From contig CP011216.1 of NCBI GenBank assembly GCA_001029795.1, positions 418,577-482,576 of the forward strand: a stretch of 64,000 nt of DNA. Direction: 5' to 3'. Position numbers and translations under genes: made by a program. Source of the stretch: a candidate division Kazan bacterium GW2011_GWA1_50_15 (GTDB lineage Bacteria > Patescibacteriota > Kazan-3B-28). Positions 46,001 to 55,544 of the stretch are shown in pieces (position 1 is the first letter of the stretch; every line of letters begins with the position of its first letter). A model generated the notes under the pieces. That model saw only the letters and a list, made by a program, of their open reading frames with translations. It searched no databases and was not told where the DNA came from.

Positions 46001-48366
46001 GGTAACCCGCCAGTAGACGCCGAGCCGCCGGTCAGATACATCGCCAAAACAGTCCCGACCTTTCGGCCGCTGGAATTAAACCGGTCGATAGTAACCGGTG
46101 CGGCGGCCGGGAAGATGAGATTAGTATGGGCCATCGGCTCGAACCGGCGGGCTTCCGGAGGCGCATTGGTTAAGAACGGCCACATCCACTGAGCGGCGCG
46201 TTTGAGCGTGCCATTTTCTACGCTGTAACCGAACACGCGGGTGTAACCGCTGCCGGCGACCTGGTTATAAGCCGGGTAGAAGAAATTAAACGGGACCGAT
46301 TGTAGCCCCCCCGCAACTATAGCGCGGTCGTTGATGCTGACCGACATGGCGGCAAAGCGCTGATTATCGTCGGCGATACCTTCAAATGCGTCATTGGTAG
46401 CCGCCAACCCGCCCCAATCATCCACTACCCAATCGCTGCCGTTAAAAGATTGAGAGATCTGCCGCACTATCGGCCGGCCAGCAAGTAGGGACGACTCATT
46501 ACTCAATCCACCTGCCAGTTGGGTTTTGTTACTTAGACTGGTTAGGGCCGGCATAAACAGTCCGCCGCGTTTGTCTACGTCAATGAACGGCACATACGTC
46601 GATGGCAGCAGCCAACCGGTCTGGGCGCCGTTGTGGAAGCTGGTGGCGTACCAACCGTTGCCGTTTAACTGCAGCGCAGCGTGTCCAGCTAGGCGATACG
46701 GTTTGGCTAGTTGACCACCGCTAGGCTGAGATGTCCGCGGATGCATACCATCGTCCAGCACCCAAAAAGGCGAGTCGCTGTCTGCGCTCCCTCGCCCAAT
46801 ACTGGCACCGCCAAAAATGGTTAACTTGCCGTCAACCACGGTCAGCTGATGACCGTACCGTCCCTGAGGAACCGGCATCATGTTGCGATCGATCACGTTG
46901 GGATCGCCCGGTAAGATTAATTCTTCTTGCACGAATACGCGCAGAAGACCGATCTTCACCACTCGGGTCGCCACACCGGAGACATCAGGATCCCACTTAG
47001 TGGTCGCATACGGATAGTCATAGTTAATGGGGGTTCCACTGGTGGTAGTTTGAGCGGCATCGATAGTCAGCTCGCGCGCTAGCCAATTAGTGTCGCTACC
47101 GGCGCTAAAACTAATGTGCGCCTCGACGGTGGTAAAGAATCGCCCGCCAGTAATGGCCTGAGCGTAGATCTTGCCGTAGTCGGGAGCGGTAGGAGGAACT
47201 ATAATCTGAGCTTGGGCTCGGGTGATCAATTTTTGCCATCTTTTACCGAGCGCTTGAGTCAAATCTTTGATCACCCCAACATCTGGCGTAGCCGTAGTGT
47301 CTGGAGTAGTGATCGCCTCGGGGGTGCTCACCGCTAGCAGGGGATCACTGCCAGCCGATGTTTCTTGCCCATCCGTGAATCCATCCCCATCAGTATCAGC
47401 CCTGGTCGGATCGGTCCCTAGCAGGATCTCTAGCCAGTCAGGGAGACCGTCGCCGTCGGTATCGAGTAGGCCAGTTGTTGGCCAAGTTGATGCCCCGGCA
47501 GGGAGTTGTGTGATGAGGTTACCCTGATGGATATAGAGCGGATGCCGACCTACAGTAGGCTTACTGGATAAATTCTGGTTATCCCAAATAACCTTATCCA
47601 TCAACGGATTATCGAGGTTGGTGGTTAGGGGTCCGTAACCAGACGCACCGGCCCAAATGTTGCCAAAGATACCCCCGGTAATGTGAACAGTCCCAACTGA
47701 ATCCACCGCCACTTCCGGCAAATAATGGACATCCGTTACTTTACTAACGATCTGCCAGCCCGCACTAACATTATGAAGATCTAGTTTTTCAATTGTGGCG
47801 TAGACCCCTTGATAGAGCTGAATCAGTGGTTGACCGTTAGCGGGATTGAGCAACTGGGGCGCTACATGCATATCGCCCACGATCTGGTAGAGCCAGTCGG
47901 AGAATCCGTCTTGGTTGGTATCAACCGCGATCGCCCGTCCAGCGGCATGGCCAAAAACCATCTGCGGTCCCACCTGCCAGCTACCGATCGGTTTACCGTC
48001 CTGGTCTAGCGACAACTTTTCCGTTGACTGCAATGCTTCGACTAAGTTGCCGGAAGTCTGCAAACCCCCCAGGGCCCACAGCTGATACTGTACGCTGCCA
48101 TCACTTTGTTTGACTGCCGTATAGACCAGAGCGTGGTTACTGCGCTTTGCACCCATGGCCGGCGCAGAACTCCAATTCAGCTGGTCGCTTAAATTACTGC
48201 TGATCTCGGCTTTGATGCCGAATAGCCTTAAGAGAAAATCGAGCTGCGAAAAGAATAGTACTGCGGCAACTACGGCAACAATACTAATAACGCCGATGCT
48301 AAATCGGCGGCTGTTCCCGGGGACGCTCAACCAGGTTGTGAACTGTTGCCACGGGTTCAAAGTCAT
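43069..48366 (-). CDS. giant membrane-anchored surface protein with Kelch-like, Ig-like, calcium-binding Asp-rich repeats and a dockerin-like C-terminus
   Basis: 1765 aa; N-terminal TM anchor; DTDGDGLPDW and DTDGDGFTDG repeats; Kelch-like GHQLTVVDGKLTIFGG; C-terminal GDIDFIRDNTINALDF...GDFNHNTFVDALDF. Confidence 0.7.
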   Translation of the reverse strand: MTLNPWQQFTTWLSVPGNSRRFSIGVISIVAVVAAVLFFSQLDFLLRLFGIKAEISSNLSDQLNWSSAPAMGAKRSNHALVYTAVKQSDGSVQYQLWALGGLQTSGNLVEALQSTEKLSLDQDGKPIGSWQVGPQMVFGHAAGRAIAVDTNQDGFSDWLYQIVGDMHVAPQLLNPANGQPLIQLYQGVYATIEKLDLHNVSAGWQIVSKVTDVHYLPEVAVDSVGTVHITGGIFGNIWAGASGYGPLTTNLDNPLMDKVIWDNQNLSSKPTVGRHPLYIHQGNLITQLPAGASTWPTTGLLDTDGDGLPDWLEILLGTDPTRADTDGDGFTDGQETSAGSDPLLAVSTPEAITTPDTTATPDVGVIKDLTQALGKRWQKLITRAQAQIIVPPTAPDYGKIYAQAITGGRFFTTVEAHISFSAGSDTNWLARELTIDAAQTTTSGTPINYDYPYATTKWDPDVSGVATRVVKIGLLRVFVQEELILPGDPNVIDRNMMPVPQGRYGHQLTVVDGKLTIFGGASIGRGSADSDSPFWVLDDGMHPRTSQPSGGQLAKPYRLAGHAALQLNGNGWYATSFHNGAQTGWLLPSTYVPFIDVDKRGGLFMPALTSLSNKTQLAGGLSNESSLLAGRPIVRQISQSFNGSDWVVDDWGGLAATNDAFEGIADDNQRFAAMSVSINDRAIVAGGLQSVPFNFFYPAYNQVAGSGYTRVFGYSVENGTLKRAAQWMWPFLTNAPPEARRFEPMAHTNLIFPAAAPVTIDRFNSSGRKVGTVLAMYLTGGSASTGGLPSNSSLVEYIGPLYSGSFGQPQSATLEADRTAGLYADDIDKVELTATLFDENNKPVEGVKTWIAEYAKTPGGAFRQDTFSEFSPAYPIVDSFGPPESFGLAAAVISDADGQIKLNLTSAEAGDARLFVTFELTEGAWNYAAMSETVVSFRPLVTAVSPASGVQGTHSTVEVVGKGVEFNQGAAIYFVKPGGFVSKSPSTIYLTANGTDAPELSVKLMDNRGPLSNVNVTFNRMSSIVSGHPTNGQFVGDSTVKTDLQGMARVTYRAGTLAGLTYIEATALGVPPVRFLVVEADPSLMFYQLEIISSDAVLEPGKTANVTAYLRLSDGSPAPDGSLIHFVSNDQGASFTPDTQGTVNGASASLFNPTNGTQPNSSELTAWTEIGSGTNKKFLAAPGLSINKLVGGSAQIVWDKSKTLVDPHTVRFGIDIGAAAPTGPWQVLVLQSVPQYGAWIFTWLGPNPSYQPQYFEVLPAGQPNVPQVTAITPNKSDRGRTLTVSITGTDDTNFDVTNSGYTTVTFTPSDIYAPTDIGDPTGVKATNVIVDDLDALQATLEISPNATPGWWNVEVVTEIGTKVERAAMLISGGGGEQDFLVTVPGGYLIDLRANPTQLVPDGRETSALTATVGRLDNASGSFTRIGGRTVAFDKGTDGGAVQPIQADTNTQGKATSTYTVNTTPGVATITARASAVNGGPLLTASVQIYKTVATHDLDFTVVANPTAIDLAGNQLSSTITVTLRQSQGGSDTVPADQKVDLVLTGGGSFANNQTKLPIVNGVATTTYLADDTEGIARIDARAVVPNVGPITTEGTANGTSITKTRTTGPRISLTVTVPLEGSAYDYTTADSVYVFVLVAGGQSPVIDGVYKLSATRQVVGLPQIAVLAGRVYDVWVKPAQHLAVVASFIGGTSAVNVTTQPTALIGDIDFIRDNTINALDFAVFQQEYARTPVFGDFNHNTFVDALDFVFLFNNFFESGQRRPGT

Positions 48367-48411
48367 TTTATTTTTATTTACTCCTATGGAAATCCTCCAA
48401 TGTATTAGCTC

Positions 48412-48440
48412 ATTATACTATAATTCCCCCAAAAAGTCAA
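48412..48440 (-). promoter_or_regulatory. consensus sigma70 promoter of the giant-protein operon
   Basis: minus-strand TTGACT-17-TATAAT (rc of agtcaa 48435-48440 and attata 48412-48417), then AGGAG about 14 nt upstream of the ATG at 48366. Confidence 0.7.
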
Positions 48441-48457
48441 GTGCTAAGCTGCCGGGT

Positions 48458-49495
48458 TCACTCGATCCCTAGATCCTCCAGAGACGAGCCACCCGAGGCG
48501 TCGTCGCCGCCTGGCTCTTCATCGCGTCCAGCCAAGTAAAAACCGGTAATGGCCTCGCGGATATAGTCCTCGTCAGCCACAGTAAAGGCCAATGGAGTGT
48601 CGAACTGGGCAGAGAGTTCGCCAGTAGCCTCGGGTGAGGGATCGGCGATGGCGACCGTGATAGCTTCTGGCGATCTAGCGATAGGGATAGCTGAATACTT
48701 AGTAGCCAAGTCGTAGGGCATCACTCTGACTACGGCAGGATCAATTTCATAACGCGATAGGTCGAGCGATGGGATGTGATATTGACTGCCAAGCGCTTGG
48801 ACGAGATCATCGCGGCTGATAATCTTTTTATCTAACAAAATGCGGCCCAAACGTTTGCCGGTGCCTTGTTGTTCCTGCAGTGCCATAGTCAGGTCGCTAG
48901 GGGAGACCATCTGACGGCTGATCAGGATCTCTCCCAGCCGATGGATAGGCCGAGTAACCCGCGCCGCTATTTCATTGACCCCTTCTGACCGACTCCGCTC
49001 ACTGTAACTTGTGATCAAGTCAGCCACATCGCGGGCGTTCGGGATCGAACGCAGCTCAAAAAATCCTTCCTTGCCAGCGGACTGAACGGTGATGTTGCCG
49101 AAGCGAATCAACGAGGCTAATACCCCCTGCATGCTGACCCGAACGTCTTGGACTTGGTTAAGATTCATCTGCGAGACTCGGCGATTGAACAAACTAATTA
49201 ATTGGATATCGATCAGACGTTCGGGCAGCAGCACCCAGACGTCCATGTACCAAAAGATCCACTGCATCATAAAAAAGTTAACTACGAACACTAAGTAGAG
49301 GCCGCCGAACAGCCACATGCCAGTCTCAACGGCGGGTTCGTCCGCTAGCCCCAGGGTTTGGAGGGCTACAAGTAAAATCACTAGCGGCACCAGCATGACT
49401 ATTGACCACCACAGGGGCGACAATAGATCCAGAACGTGACGCCGCAGATAGAGTGGGGCGACTGACGATGGATTAGTAAATGTTACTTCTGTCAT
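48458..49495 (-). CDS. membrane protein with N-terminal PH-like domain and C-terminal GspE-N (MshEN-type) domain
   Basis: two TM helices plus PH-like segment; C-terminal repeats LGEILISRQMVSPSDLTMALQEQ and GKRLGRILLDKKIISRDDLVQALGSQ typical of T2SS-E N-terminal domains; no ATPase domain. Confidence 0.55.
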   Translation of the reverse strand: MTEVTFTNPSSVAPLYLRRHVLDLLSPLWWSIVMLVPLVILLVALQTLGLADEPAVETGMWLFGGLYLVFVVNFFMMQWIFWYMDVWVLLPERLIDIQLISLFNRRVSQMNLNQVQDVRVSMQGVLASLIRFGNITVQSAGKEGFFELRSIPNARDVADLITSYSERSRSEGVNEIAARVTRPIHRLGEILISRQMVSPSDLTMALQEQQGTGKRLGRILLDKKIISRDDLVQALGSQYHIPSLDLSRYEIDPAVVRVMPYDLATKYSAIPIARSPEAITVAIADPSPEATGELSAQFDTPLAFTVADEDYIREAITGFYLAGRDEEPGGDDASGGSSLEDLGIE

Positions 49496-49497
49496 GG

Positions 49498-49692
49498 TTA
49501 GAACTGAGAAGCGATGATCGCCAGCGAGACCGAACTGATGATCACGCCGGCTAGGATGACCCCGTAGATAGAGATAGCTAAGTAGGAGTTGTCGCCAGGC
49601 AACCGGAATCGAATAACGTGAAAGATGTTGATCCCGGCATAGGCCAGGCCAAGCAGTAATAGCAATACGTAGATGGGGATCATGATACTCAT
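49498..49692 (-). CDS. small two-TM membrane protein
   Basis: 64 aa, two hydrophobic helices; ATGA overlap with ruvB stop. Confidence 0.5.
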   Translation of the reverse strand: MSIMIPIYVLLLLLGLAYAGINIFHVIRFRLPGDNSYLAISIYGVILAGVIISSVSLAIIASQF

Positions 49693-50708
49693 GGGACGAA
49701 CAATTCCGGTTTCTGACTAGTTAGCCCTAAATGCTGATAAGCCCTGACGGTGGCTACTCGGCCCTGGGCGGTGCGCTGCAGAAACCCTTCTTGCAGCAAG
49801 TACGGTTCATAAACGTCCTCAATGGTCTGCCGCTCCTCAGAGATGGCAGCTGCCAAGGAGCTGAGGCCCGCGGGACCACCCTTGAACTGAGTTATCAAAG
49901 TATACAAGATCTTCCGGTCGACCTCGTCCAGACCGATCTCGTCGATAGTAAGCAGTTTAAGAGTAGCTCGAACCACCGCTTCGGTGATCCGCCCGCTATT
50001 TTTAACTAGGGCATAGTCGCGAACTCGCTTCAAGATCCGGTTGGCCGTTCGCGGCGTGCGCCGAGACGATCTAGCTATCAGCTGAGCAGCCTCGGAGGGC
50101 AGATCTACCTGCAGGATCCGAGCCGACCGTTGAAGAATCTTTTCAATATGATCAACTTCATAAAAATCTAGCCGATAGGTAGATCCGAACCGGTCGCGCA
50201 TGGGAGATGAGATCAGACCGATCCGAGTGGTCGCCCCGATCAAGGTAAACTTGGGCAAATCGAGTTTTAACGAACGGGCCGATGGACCCTTGCCGACGAT
50301 AATATCCAAACAGTAGTCCTCCATAGCTGAATACAACACCTCCTCCACCGGCCGGCTTAATCTATGGATCTCGTCAATGAACAGGATGTCGTTATCTTGG
50401 AGATTGGTGAGAATGGCGGCGATATCGCCGGCTCGCTCAACTGCTGGGCCAGAAGTAGTCCGCAACCCCACCCCCATCTCGTGCGCGATAATGTGCGCCA
50501 GGGTGGTTTTCCCGAGACCCGGCGGACCGAACAGCAAAATGTGGTCCATGGGTTCACGCCGCTTGCGAGCCGCCTCAATCGCGATAGCCAAGCCGGCCTT
50601 GGCTTTGTCCTGACCAACATAGCCGGCAAAGTCATGCGGCCGCAAACTGACATCAAGTTCTTCCTCTCCTTGGAGGGAGATGGGGTCGATCACGCGCGGG
50701 GTTGTCAT
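49689..50708 (-). CDS. ruvB: Holliday junction branch migration DNA helicase RuvB
   Basis: Walker [12 protein letters not shown], Walker [10 protein letters not shown], sensor and winged-helix regions. Confidence 0.9.
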   Translation of the reverse strand: MTTPRVIDPISLQGEEELDVSLRPHDFAGYVGQDKAKAGLAIAIEAARKRREPMDHILLFGPPGLGKTTLAHIIAHEMGVGLRTTSGPAVERAGDIAAILTNLQDNDILFIDEIHRLSRPVEEVLYSAMEDYCLDIIVGKGPSARSLKLDLPKFTLIGATTRIGLISSPMRDRFGSTYRLDFYEVDHIEKILQRSARILQVDLPSEAAQLIARSSRRTPRTANRILKRVRDYALVKNSGRITEAVVRATLKLLTIDEIGLDEVDRKILYTLITQFKGGPAGLSSLAAAISEERQTIEDVYEPYLLQEGFLQRTAQGRVATVRAYQHLGLTSQKPELFVP

Positions 50709-50715
50709 GACCCTA

Positions 50716-51201
50716 TTATATCGTCAGTAGCGCGGTCCCGCCTAAACTGGCCAGCAGCACGATTATCCCGGCGATCAGCACGCCGGTCGAGATAAAGACC
50801 AAGGCGTGATGGAACTTGATACCGAAGAGGTAGGCCAATAGGGTGCCGGTCCAAGCCCCAGTCATGGGTAGGGGTACCGCCACAAATAGCATTAATGCCA
50901 AACTGCCCCAGCGTTCGAACTTGGCCGAGTGGCGCCGATGAGTGTGAGCGAAAAACCACGCAAACCATTTATCAACGCTGGGATGAAGCGCCCGCAGCCA
51001 TTTGGTAACGCGCTCCAGCAGAAGCAATAGAACCACGATCGGGATGAGATTGCCAACCACTGCCAACCCCAACGCCAGCAAGGGGGACAGATGATACGCC
51101 CCAATAGCAATCGGGATAGCGCCGCGCAGTTCTACCAATGGCAACATCGCCGTGACAATAACGGCTAGATAGGGATTCAGCTGTGAGAGGTACTCTAACA
51201 A
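50716..51201 (-). CDS. small multidrug-export-like membrane protein
   Basis: LVELRGAIP motif near N-terminus, four hydrophobic helices. Confidence 0.5.
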   Translation of the reverse strand: MLEYLSQLNPYLAVIVTAMLPLVELRGAIPIAIGAYHLSPLLALGLAVVGNLIPIVVLLLLLERVTKWLRALHPSVDKWFAWFFAHTHRRHSAKFERWGSLALMLFVAVPLPMTGAWTGTLLAYLFGIKFHHALVFISTGVLIAGIIVLLASLGGTALLTI

Positions 51202-51202
51202 A

Positions 51203-52012
51203 TTATTTTAGCCAGCTAAAGATCAGCAGTCCCGCACCCACCACTATCCGATACCAGGCGAATATATTAAGCGGATGCTTGTTCAAAAACTTCAATAGCC
51301 AATGGATCGCCAACAGACCAGAACTGAACGATACCACAAATCCGATAGCCAGTTCCAAACCAAGACCATCAGATATCCCGCCGCGGAATAACTGCCAGAG
51401 CGAGTAGAAGCCGGCTAACGCAATGATCGGCCCAGCCGCCAGGAATGAGTACCGAGCGGCGGATTCGCGGCTCAACCCATGATACATGCCCGTAATGATA
51501 GTTGCGCCCGAACGCGAGATGCCCGGGACGATAGCCACGGCTTGGGCCAGACCAATACTGAGACCATCAAAAAAATTAAGCTTACTAACATCGCGCCGAG
51601 GATGCGTGTAGCGTTCAGCGACAAAGAACAGCAGACCCACCCCGACCATTAAGATAGCTATATCGTGCAGATGTCTGACTGTGCTTTCGATCGTACCAGC
51701 GAATAGGAGACCGGCCCCGATCGCCGGGATAGTAGTGACCGCGATCAGCCCCGCTAGTTTCCGAGCTTGGCGAAGCTCATAGGTTTGTTTTTTTGTAACT
51801 ACCGCCTCGACCATCTTGAGCCAATCGTGTCGAAAGTAGAATAACACGGCTGCGAGGGTGGCGAGATGTAGAACAGCGTCAAAGGCTAATCCCTGGTCGG
51901 CCCAGTTGAATACTTGTCTAACTACCACCAGATGGCCTGACGAACTAATAGGCACGAACTCGGTTATGCCCTGCACTAAGCCCAAAATGGCGGCTTGGAG
52001 ATATTGGCTCAT
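51203..52012 (-). CDS. uppP: undecaprenyl-diphosphatase
   Basis: start moved to ATG at 52010-52012 (MSQYLQAAILGLVQGITEFVPISSSGH, the UppP/BacA signature). Confidence 0.85.
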   Translation of the reverse strand: MSQYLQAAILGLVQGITEFVPISSSGHLVVVRQVFNWADQGLAFDAVLHLATLAAVLFYFRHDWLKMVEAVVTKKQTYELRQARKLAGLIAVTTIPAIGAGLLFAGTIESTVRHLHDIAILMVGVGLLFFVAERYTHPRRDVSKLNFFDGLSIGLAQAVAIVPGISRSGATIITGMYHGLSRESAARYSFLAAGPIIALAGFYSLWQLFRGGISDGLGLELAIGFVVSFSSGLLAIHWLLKFLNKHPLNIFAWYRIVVGAGLLIFSWLK

Positions 52013-52017
52013 CGGCC

Positions 52018-54222
52018 CTATTGTACCGTAATCGTCCAGCCGAACACTGGTCCGAACCAAGTAATGTACTCTGCCACCAACTGGAAATTCTCTTTATACA
52101 CTCCTGGCCGACTGGGCGCTTTAATCGGAAAACTAACTTCCAAATTCGCATTGGGCGGCACATCGAGAGCAGTGTTGAGCGCTCGATTAGGGCTAAGCCA
52201 GCTGGGAGTGAAGAAGACGCTGCTGCGGTCGCGGGGATTAGCGGTACCCACTCGCACCGCAGCAGTGCCTTGGGTACCAAGCCCCTGACCTAACCATAGA
52301 GCTGAACCAATATTGCGGAATGAAAATTCGAGCGTCCCGATCTCTCCGGGGTGCAGAGTGGGGTTCTGACTCTTTGACTGCATCAGGGCCACATAAGCGG
52401 CTGGGTCGGTAGCGGCCTGGGTCGGAGATGATTCGCCGGAGGGCGTAACGGCTCCGGAAGCGGTCACATTGAACTCCCAGTAAATACCTAGATCATTGAG
52501 CCAGGTCACGTATTCGATCACTGGTCGGAAGTATTCTTTAAATGAACCTGTTTGTGATGCTTTGGCTGTAAAACTGAATCGAGCGATACCCTCTGGGTAA
52601 ACGATATTGGGAGACATCCTGGCTGCTCGATTATTATTGACCCAGCTAGGGTGAGAGAACGCGCTGCTCCGGTCCATCGACCTATCGGTGCCGAGCCGGA
52701 TCTGACCTTGGGGTGTTGCGCTGTCGCCGTCACTGACCCAAGTTATATTGCCAGTATTTTTTACTTCCACCCACACCGTGGCTGTTTCGTTCAACCCCAG
52801 GGTCAGATACGGGCTCTGCTTAACCCACGCCATACTATAGCGGGGTGAGCCAAGGGGAACAAAAATCGCCTGTGTCGTCACCAGCGGGGCGCCGGTGGTG
52901 GTATTTAAGAGAGTGATCTGCTTGGTGGCGGCGGCGGTAGAGGACAGCGTGAAACTAATCCGGCCAGAGCTATCGGCCGCCCCGATCGAAACTGGCTGGC
53001 CAAATGCAATTAATTGACCGTTGACTATATTGTTGGTCCCGTTGATAGTAGCCTGGACTGGCATGCTGCCACCGTCGGTGATCGTAGCCGAGATAGTTAC
53101 GGTCTGGACTCCATCGGCGGCGGCCGGGCTGCCCGAAACAAGAGCGCTGCTGCGTACCGCGGGTGGTTGATACGCCACCGCTCTGGAGGCGTTAACCCGA
53201 CCAGCACCAAACCGAGCTGGGTCATTAAGATTGTCAGCCGTCAATTTTAAAATGGTCTCGATCTGTGCTGGGGAGAGTGATGGGTTTCTCGCCAACATGA
53301 GAGATACCGTACCGGTAACAATGGCAGCTGCGAACGACGAGCCCGATCCTTCGGCGTAGATGGATGGGGCGGAGGAGGACAGATCAGCCATGGCAATGCG
53401 TTCGCCCGGGGCGGCAACATCGACCCCTGGACCATAGTTAGAAAAAGTGGATAGCTGATCAGCGCTGTTAAGAGACGAGACGGCGATGACCTGTGGATAG
53501 GCAGCCGGGTAGTAGATCGTACCGGCCGAGTTGTTCCCAACCGCTGCGACGATCACTACACTATGAGAGATGGCATAGTTGATGGCTGAGGCCAACACCG
53601 ACATATCAGTGAACGAACCAAAGCTCATATTGATAACTCTTGCCCCATTATCGGTAGCGTAGCGGATAGCGGTGGCCACCGTCTCGAAGTCGCCACCACC
53701 GATACTATTAAGGGCTCTCAGAGCCATAATCCGTGCTTGCCAGTTAATCCCCGTGATACCAATGCCGTTATTGGACCGAGCGGCAATAATGCTGGCGATA
53801 CCCGTCCCGTGACCGTGGAGATCTTGGGGGGTGGCGTCGCGATCGACAAAATCATAGCCTAAATAGTCATCAACGTAACCGTTATGGTCATCATCAATAC
53901 TGTTATTGGGGATCTCGTCTGAGTTGGTCCAGAATTTTCCAGCGAGATCAGCGTGGTTTAAGTCCACCCCCGTGTCGACGACGGCGATCACCAAATCCGA
54001 ACCAGTGGTGGTGTCCCATGCTCGATCAATGCCGATCTTGCTCAAATACCATTGCTGAGCGAAGAAGATGTCGTTAGCTGCTGCCTGAATAGTCAAATTG
54101 CTACTGACCGTGTCGACGCGCCAGCCCGTAACCTGCAGAGGAAGAGATGCCACCGCTGGCGAAGTGATCCAACCCGCGACTAAGGCTGACAAAACACTTG
54201 CGACTAATTTACGCATAGACAT
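52018..54222 (-). CDS. secreted S8-family (subtilisin-like) serine peptidase with C-terminal accessory domains
   Basis: signal peptide; catalytic Asp (AVVDTGVD), His (HGHGTGIASI) and Ser (GSGSSFAAAIVTG) blocks. Confidence 0.85.
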   Translation of the reverse strand: MSMRKLVASVLSALVAGWITSPAVASLPLQVTGWRVDTVSSNLTIQAAANDIFFAQQWYLSKIGIDRAWDTTTGSDLVIAVVDTGVDLNHADLAGKFWTNSDEIPNNSIDDDHNGYVDDYLGYDFVDRDATPQDLHGHGTGIASIIAARSNNGIGITGINWQARIMALRALNSIGGGDFETVATAIRYATDNGARVINMSFGSFTDMSVLASAINYAISHSVVIVAAVGNNSAGTIYYPAAYPQVIAVSSLNSADQLSTFSNYGPGVDVAAPGERIAMADLSSSAPSIYAEGSGSSFAAAIVTGTVSLMLARNPSLSPAQIETILKLTADNLNDPARFGAGRVNASRAVAYQPPAVRSSALVSGSPAAADGVQTVTISATITDGGSMPVQATINGTNNIVNGQLIAFGQPVSIGAADSSGRISFTLSSTAAATKQITLLNTTTGAPLVTTQAIFVPLGSPRYSMAWVKQSPYLTLGLNETATVWVEVKNTGNITWVSDGDSATPQGQIRLGTDRSMDRSSAFSHPSWVNNNRAARMSPNIVYPEGIARFSFTAKASQTGSFKEYFRPVIEYVTWLNDLGIYWEFNVTASGAVTPSGESSPTQAATDPAAYVALMQSKSQNPTLHPGEIGTLEFSFRNIGSALWLGQGLGTQGTAAVRVGTANPRDRSSVFFTPSWLSPNRALNTALDVPPNANLEVSFPIKAPSRPGVYKENFQLVAEYITWFGPVFGWTITVQ

Positions 54223-54380
54223 ATTTTATCATAGACTACTCCGCCTGGTTTGACAGAACGTTACCGGTTAAACTAGAATCAAGTGCGTATCTGGGGTTGA
54301 CAAATACAAAACCACGAGCCAAGGGGCAGAGCGACTGTTCGTGATTTTGAGAGGAGCCCCGCTGGACAGCGGGACAACGA

Positions 54381-54454
54381 GGGTCCGTAGCTTAGTGGTA
54401 AAGCAGTTGCCTTTTAAGCAATTGATGCAGGTCCGATTCCTGCCGGACCCACCA
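54381..54454 (+). tRNA. tRNA-Lys (anticodon TTT)
   Basis: acceptor gggtccg/cggaccc, D-arm gctt-agtggta-aagc, anticodon loop ctTTTaa, T-loop aggtccgattcct, CCA encoded. Confidence 0.85.
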
Positions 54455-54457
54455 AAC

Positions 54458-54488
54458 AAAAATCCACCGTCTGGTGGATTTTGTGTTT
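54458..54488 (+). terminator. intrinsic terminator after tRNA-Lys
   Basis: hairpin aatccacc-gtct-ggtggatt followed by TTTGTGTTTG. Confidence 0.8.
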
Positions 54489-54626
54489 GAATGTGGTTCG
54501 GTACGGAATTGAACCTTTGCCGTAGGCATAGGTTCGCCCATGAGGCCGCCTTATAAGATGTTGAGTTTACCATAAAGCGGCGAATGGCGGGGCCCCACAG
54601 CAAAAGGGGGCACTCCTCGCCAGACC

Positions 54627-55544
54627 TTACATCGCTGGCTGCCAATGGCCGAGCTGGTCTAGGAGGTTCTGGCTATCTAACTCTTCAGCAACGTTGGGAG
54701 CGGCGATAGAGATTTTTTCGTTTTGCCGACTGAGCCCTAAATCAAGACTAAATGAGACTGGCACACTATTAGCTAAATAGATGTCCTCGATCTTGATCCG
54801 AGCTAACTGAAAGTTACGTTTATTGATCCAGATGTCGGCAGTGTAGTTATTGAGCTGGTCTAATAATGACAGGTCGCCAGTAGAGGTACCGGTGATAGCA
54901 CTCACCTGAGCGGCTAGATAGCGCATATTATCCGGACGCAGTTTGGCTTGGTAGCGATAAGCGCGTTGACCGTAAACGGTCTCATCGGGAAATGTTTGGG
55001 ATACCTCAAAAATAGTTGTAGAGGCGATCATATTGTGGATAGCTAAGACTTGTTCGTCAGTGAGTTGTTGCCCCACAGATGCCCCCAGGCGATTACCGGA
55101 AGCATCTGGAGCTGGTCGCTTGACCCGATACCACCGGCTGTCAGCTCCCAACGATACTGGCAGCAGCGTAGGAAAGTTGAGATCAGTGAGTTTGAAATAG
55201 GTATAGTCCGGCAAACCGATCAGTTGCCCAGCGAGCGTTAGGTCACCTTGGCTGGCGGTACCTTGCATGCTGGCCTGAAGTGAGACGCGAGGATTAGTAA
55301 TATCCGGGCTCATCACATCTCCGGTCAGACGGAACTGGGCCGAGCTGAGCTTTTGACCTAAAACGGTAGATATTCCTCCGCTCAGACTGAGCGAGGCGTC
55401 ATAATGAAAACTATGCAGATCGGCTAGAGCAGTGCTGAATCGTTGAACTACCTCTCCGCTACTGAGCGACCGAGACGAACAGGCTGACAAGAAAATCATG
55501 GCTCCCAACAGCAGCCATCCGAGTTGTCTAATAGATTTTGGCAT
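54627..55544 (-). CDS. putative lipoprotein
   Basis: start moved to ATG at 55542-55544 (MPKSIRQLGWLLLGAMIFLSACSS: signal peptide with lipobox LSAC); upstream ORF-track extension has no convincing start. Confidence 0.55.
   Translation of the reverse strand: MPKSIRQLGWLLLGAMIFLSACSSRSLSSGEVVQRFSTALADLHSFHYDASLSLSGGISTVLGQKLSSAQFRLTGDVMSPDITNPRVSLQASMQGTASQGDLTLAGQLIGLPDYTYFKLTDLNFPTLLPVSLGADSRWYRVKRPAPDASGNRLGASVGQQLTDEQVLAIHNMIASTTIFEVSQTFPDETVYGQRAYRYQAKLRPDNMRYLAAQVSAITGTSTGDLSLLDQLNNYTADIWINKRNFQLARIKIEDIYLANSVPVSFSLDLGLSRQNEKISIAAPNVAEELDSQNLLDQLGHWQPAM

Noticed and set aside
50364-50795. 143-aa plus-strand ORF
   Set aside because: Antisense to ruvB.
54250-54279. TTGACA-18-TAGAAT as promoter of tRNA-Lys(TTT)
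   Set aside because: Plausible, but on the opposite strand a TATGAT lies 6 nt before the S8 peptidase ATG, so the same region may serve the divergent gene; not confident enough to annotate.
54268-54645. 125-aa minus-strand ORF
   Set aside because: It runs antisense through tRNA-Lys(TTT) and its terminator.
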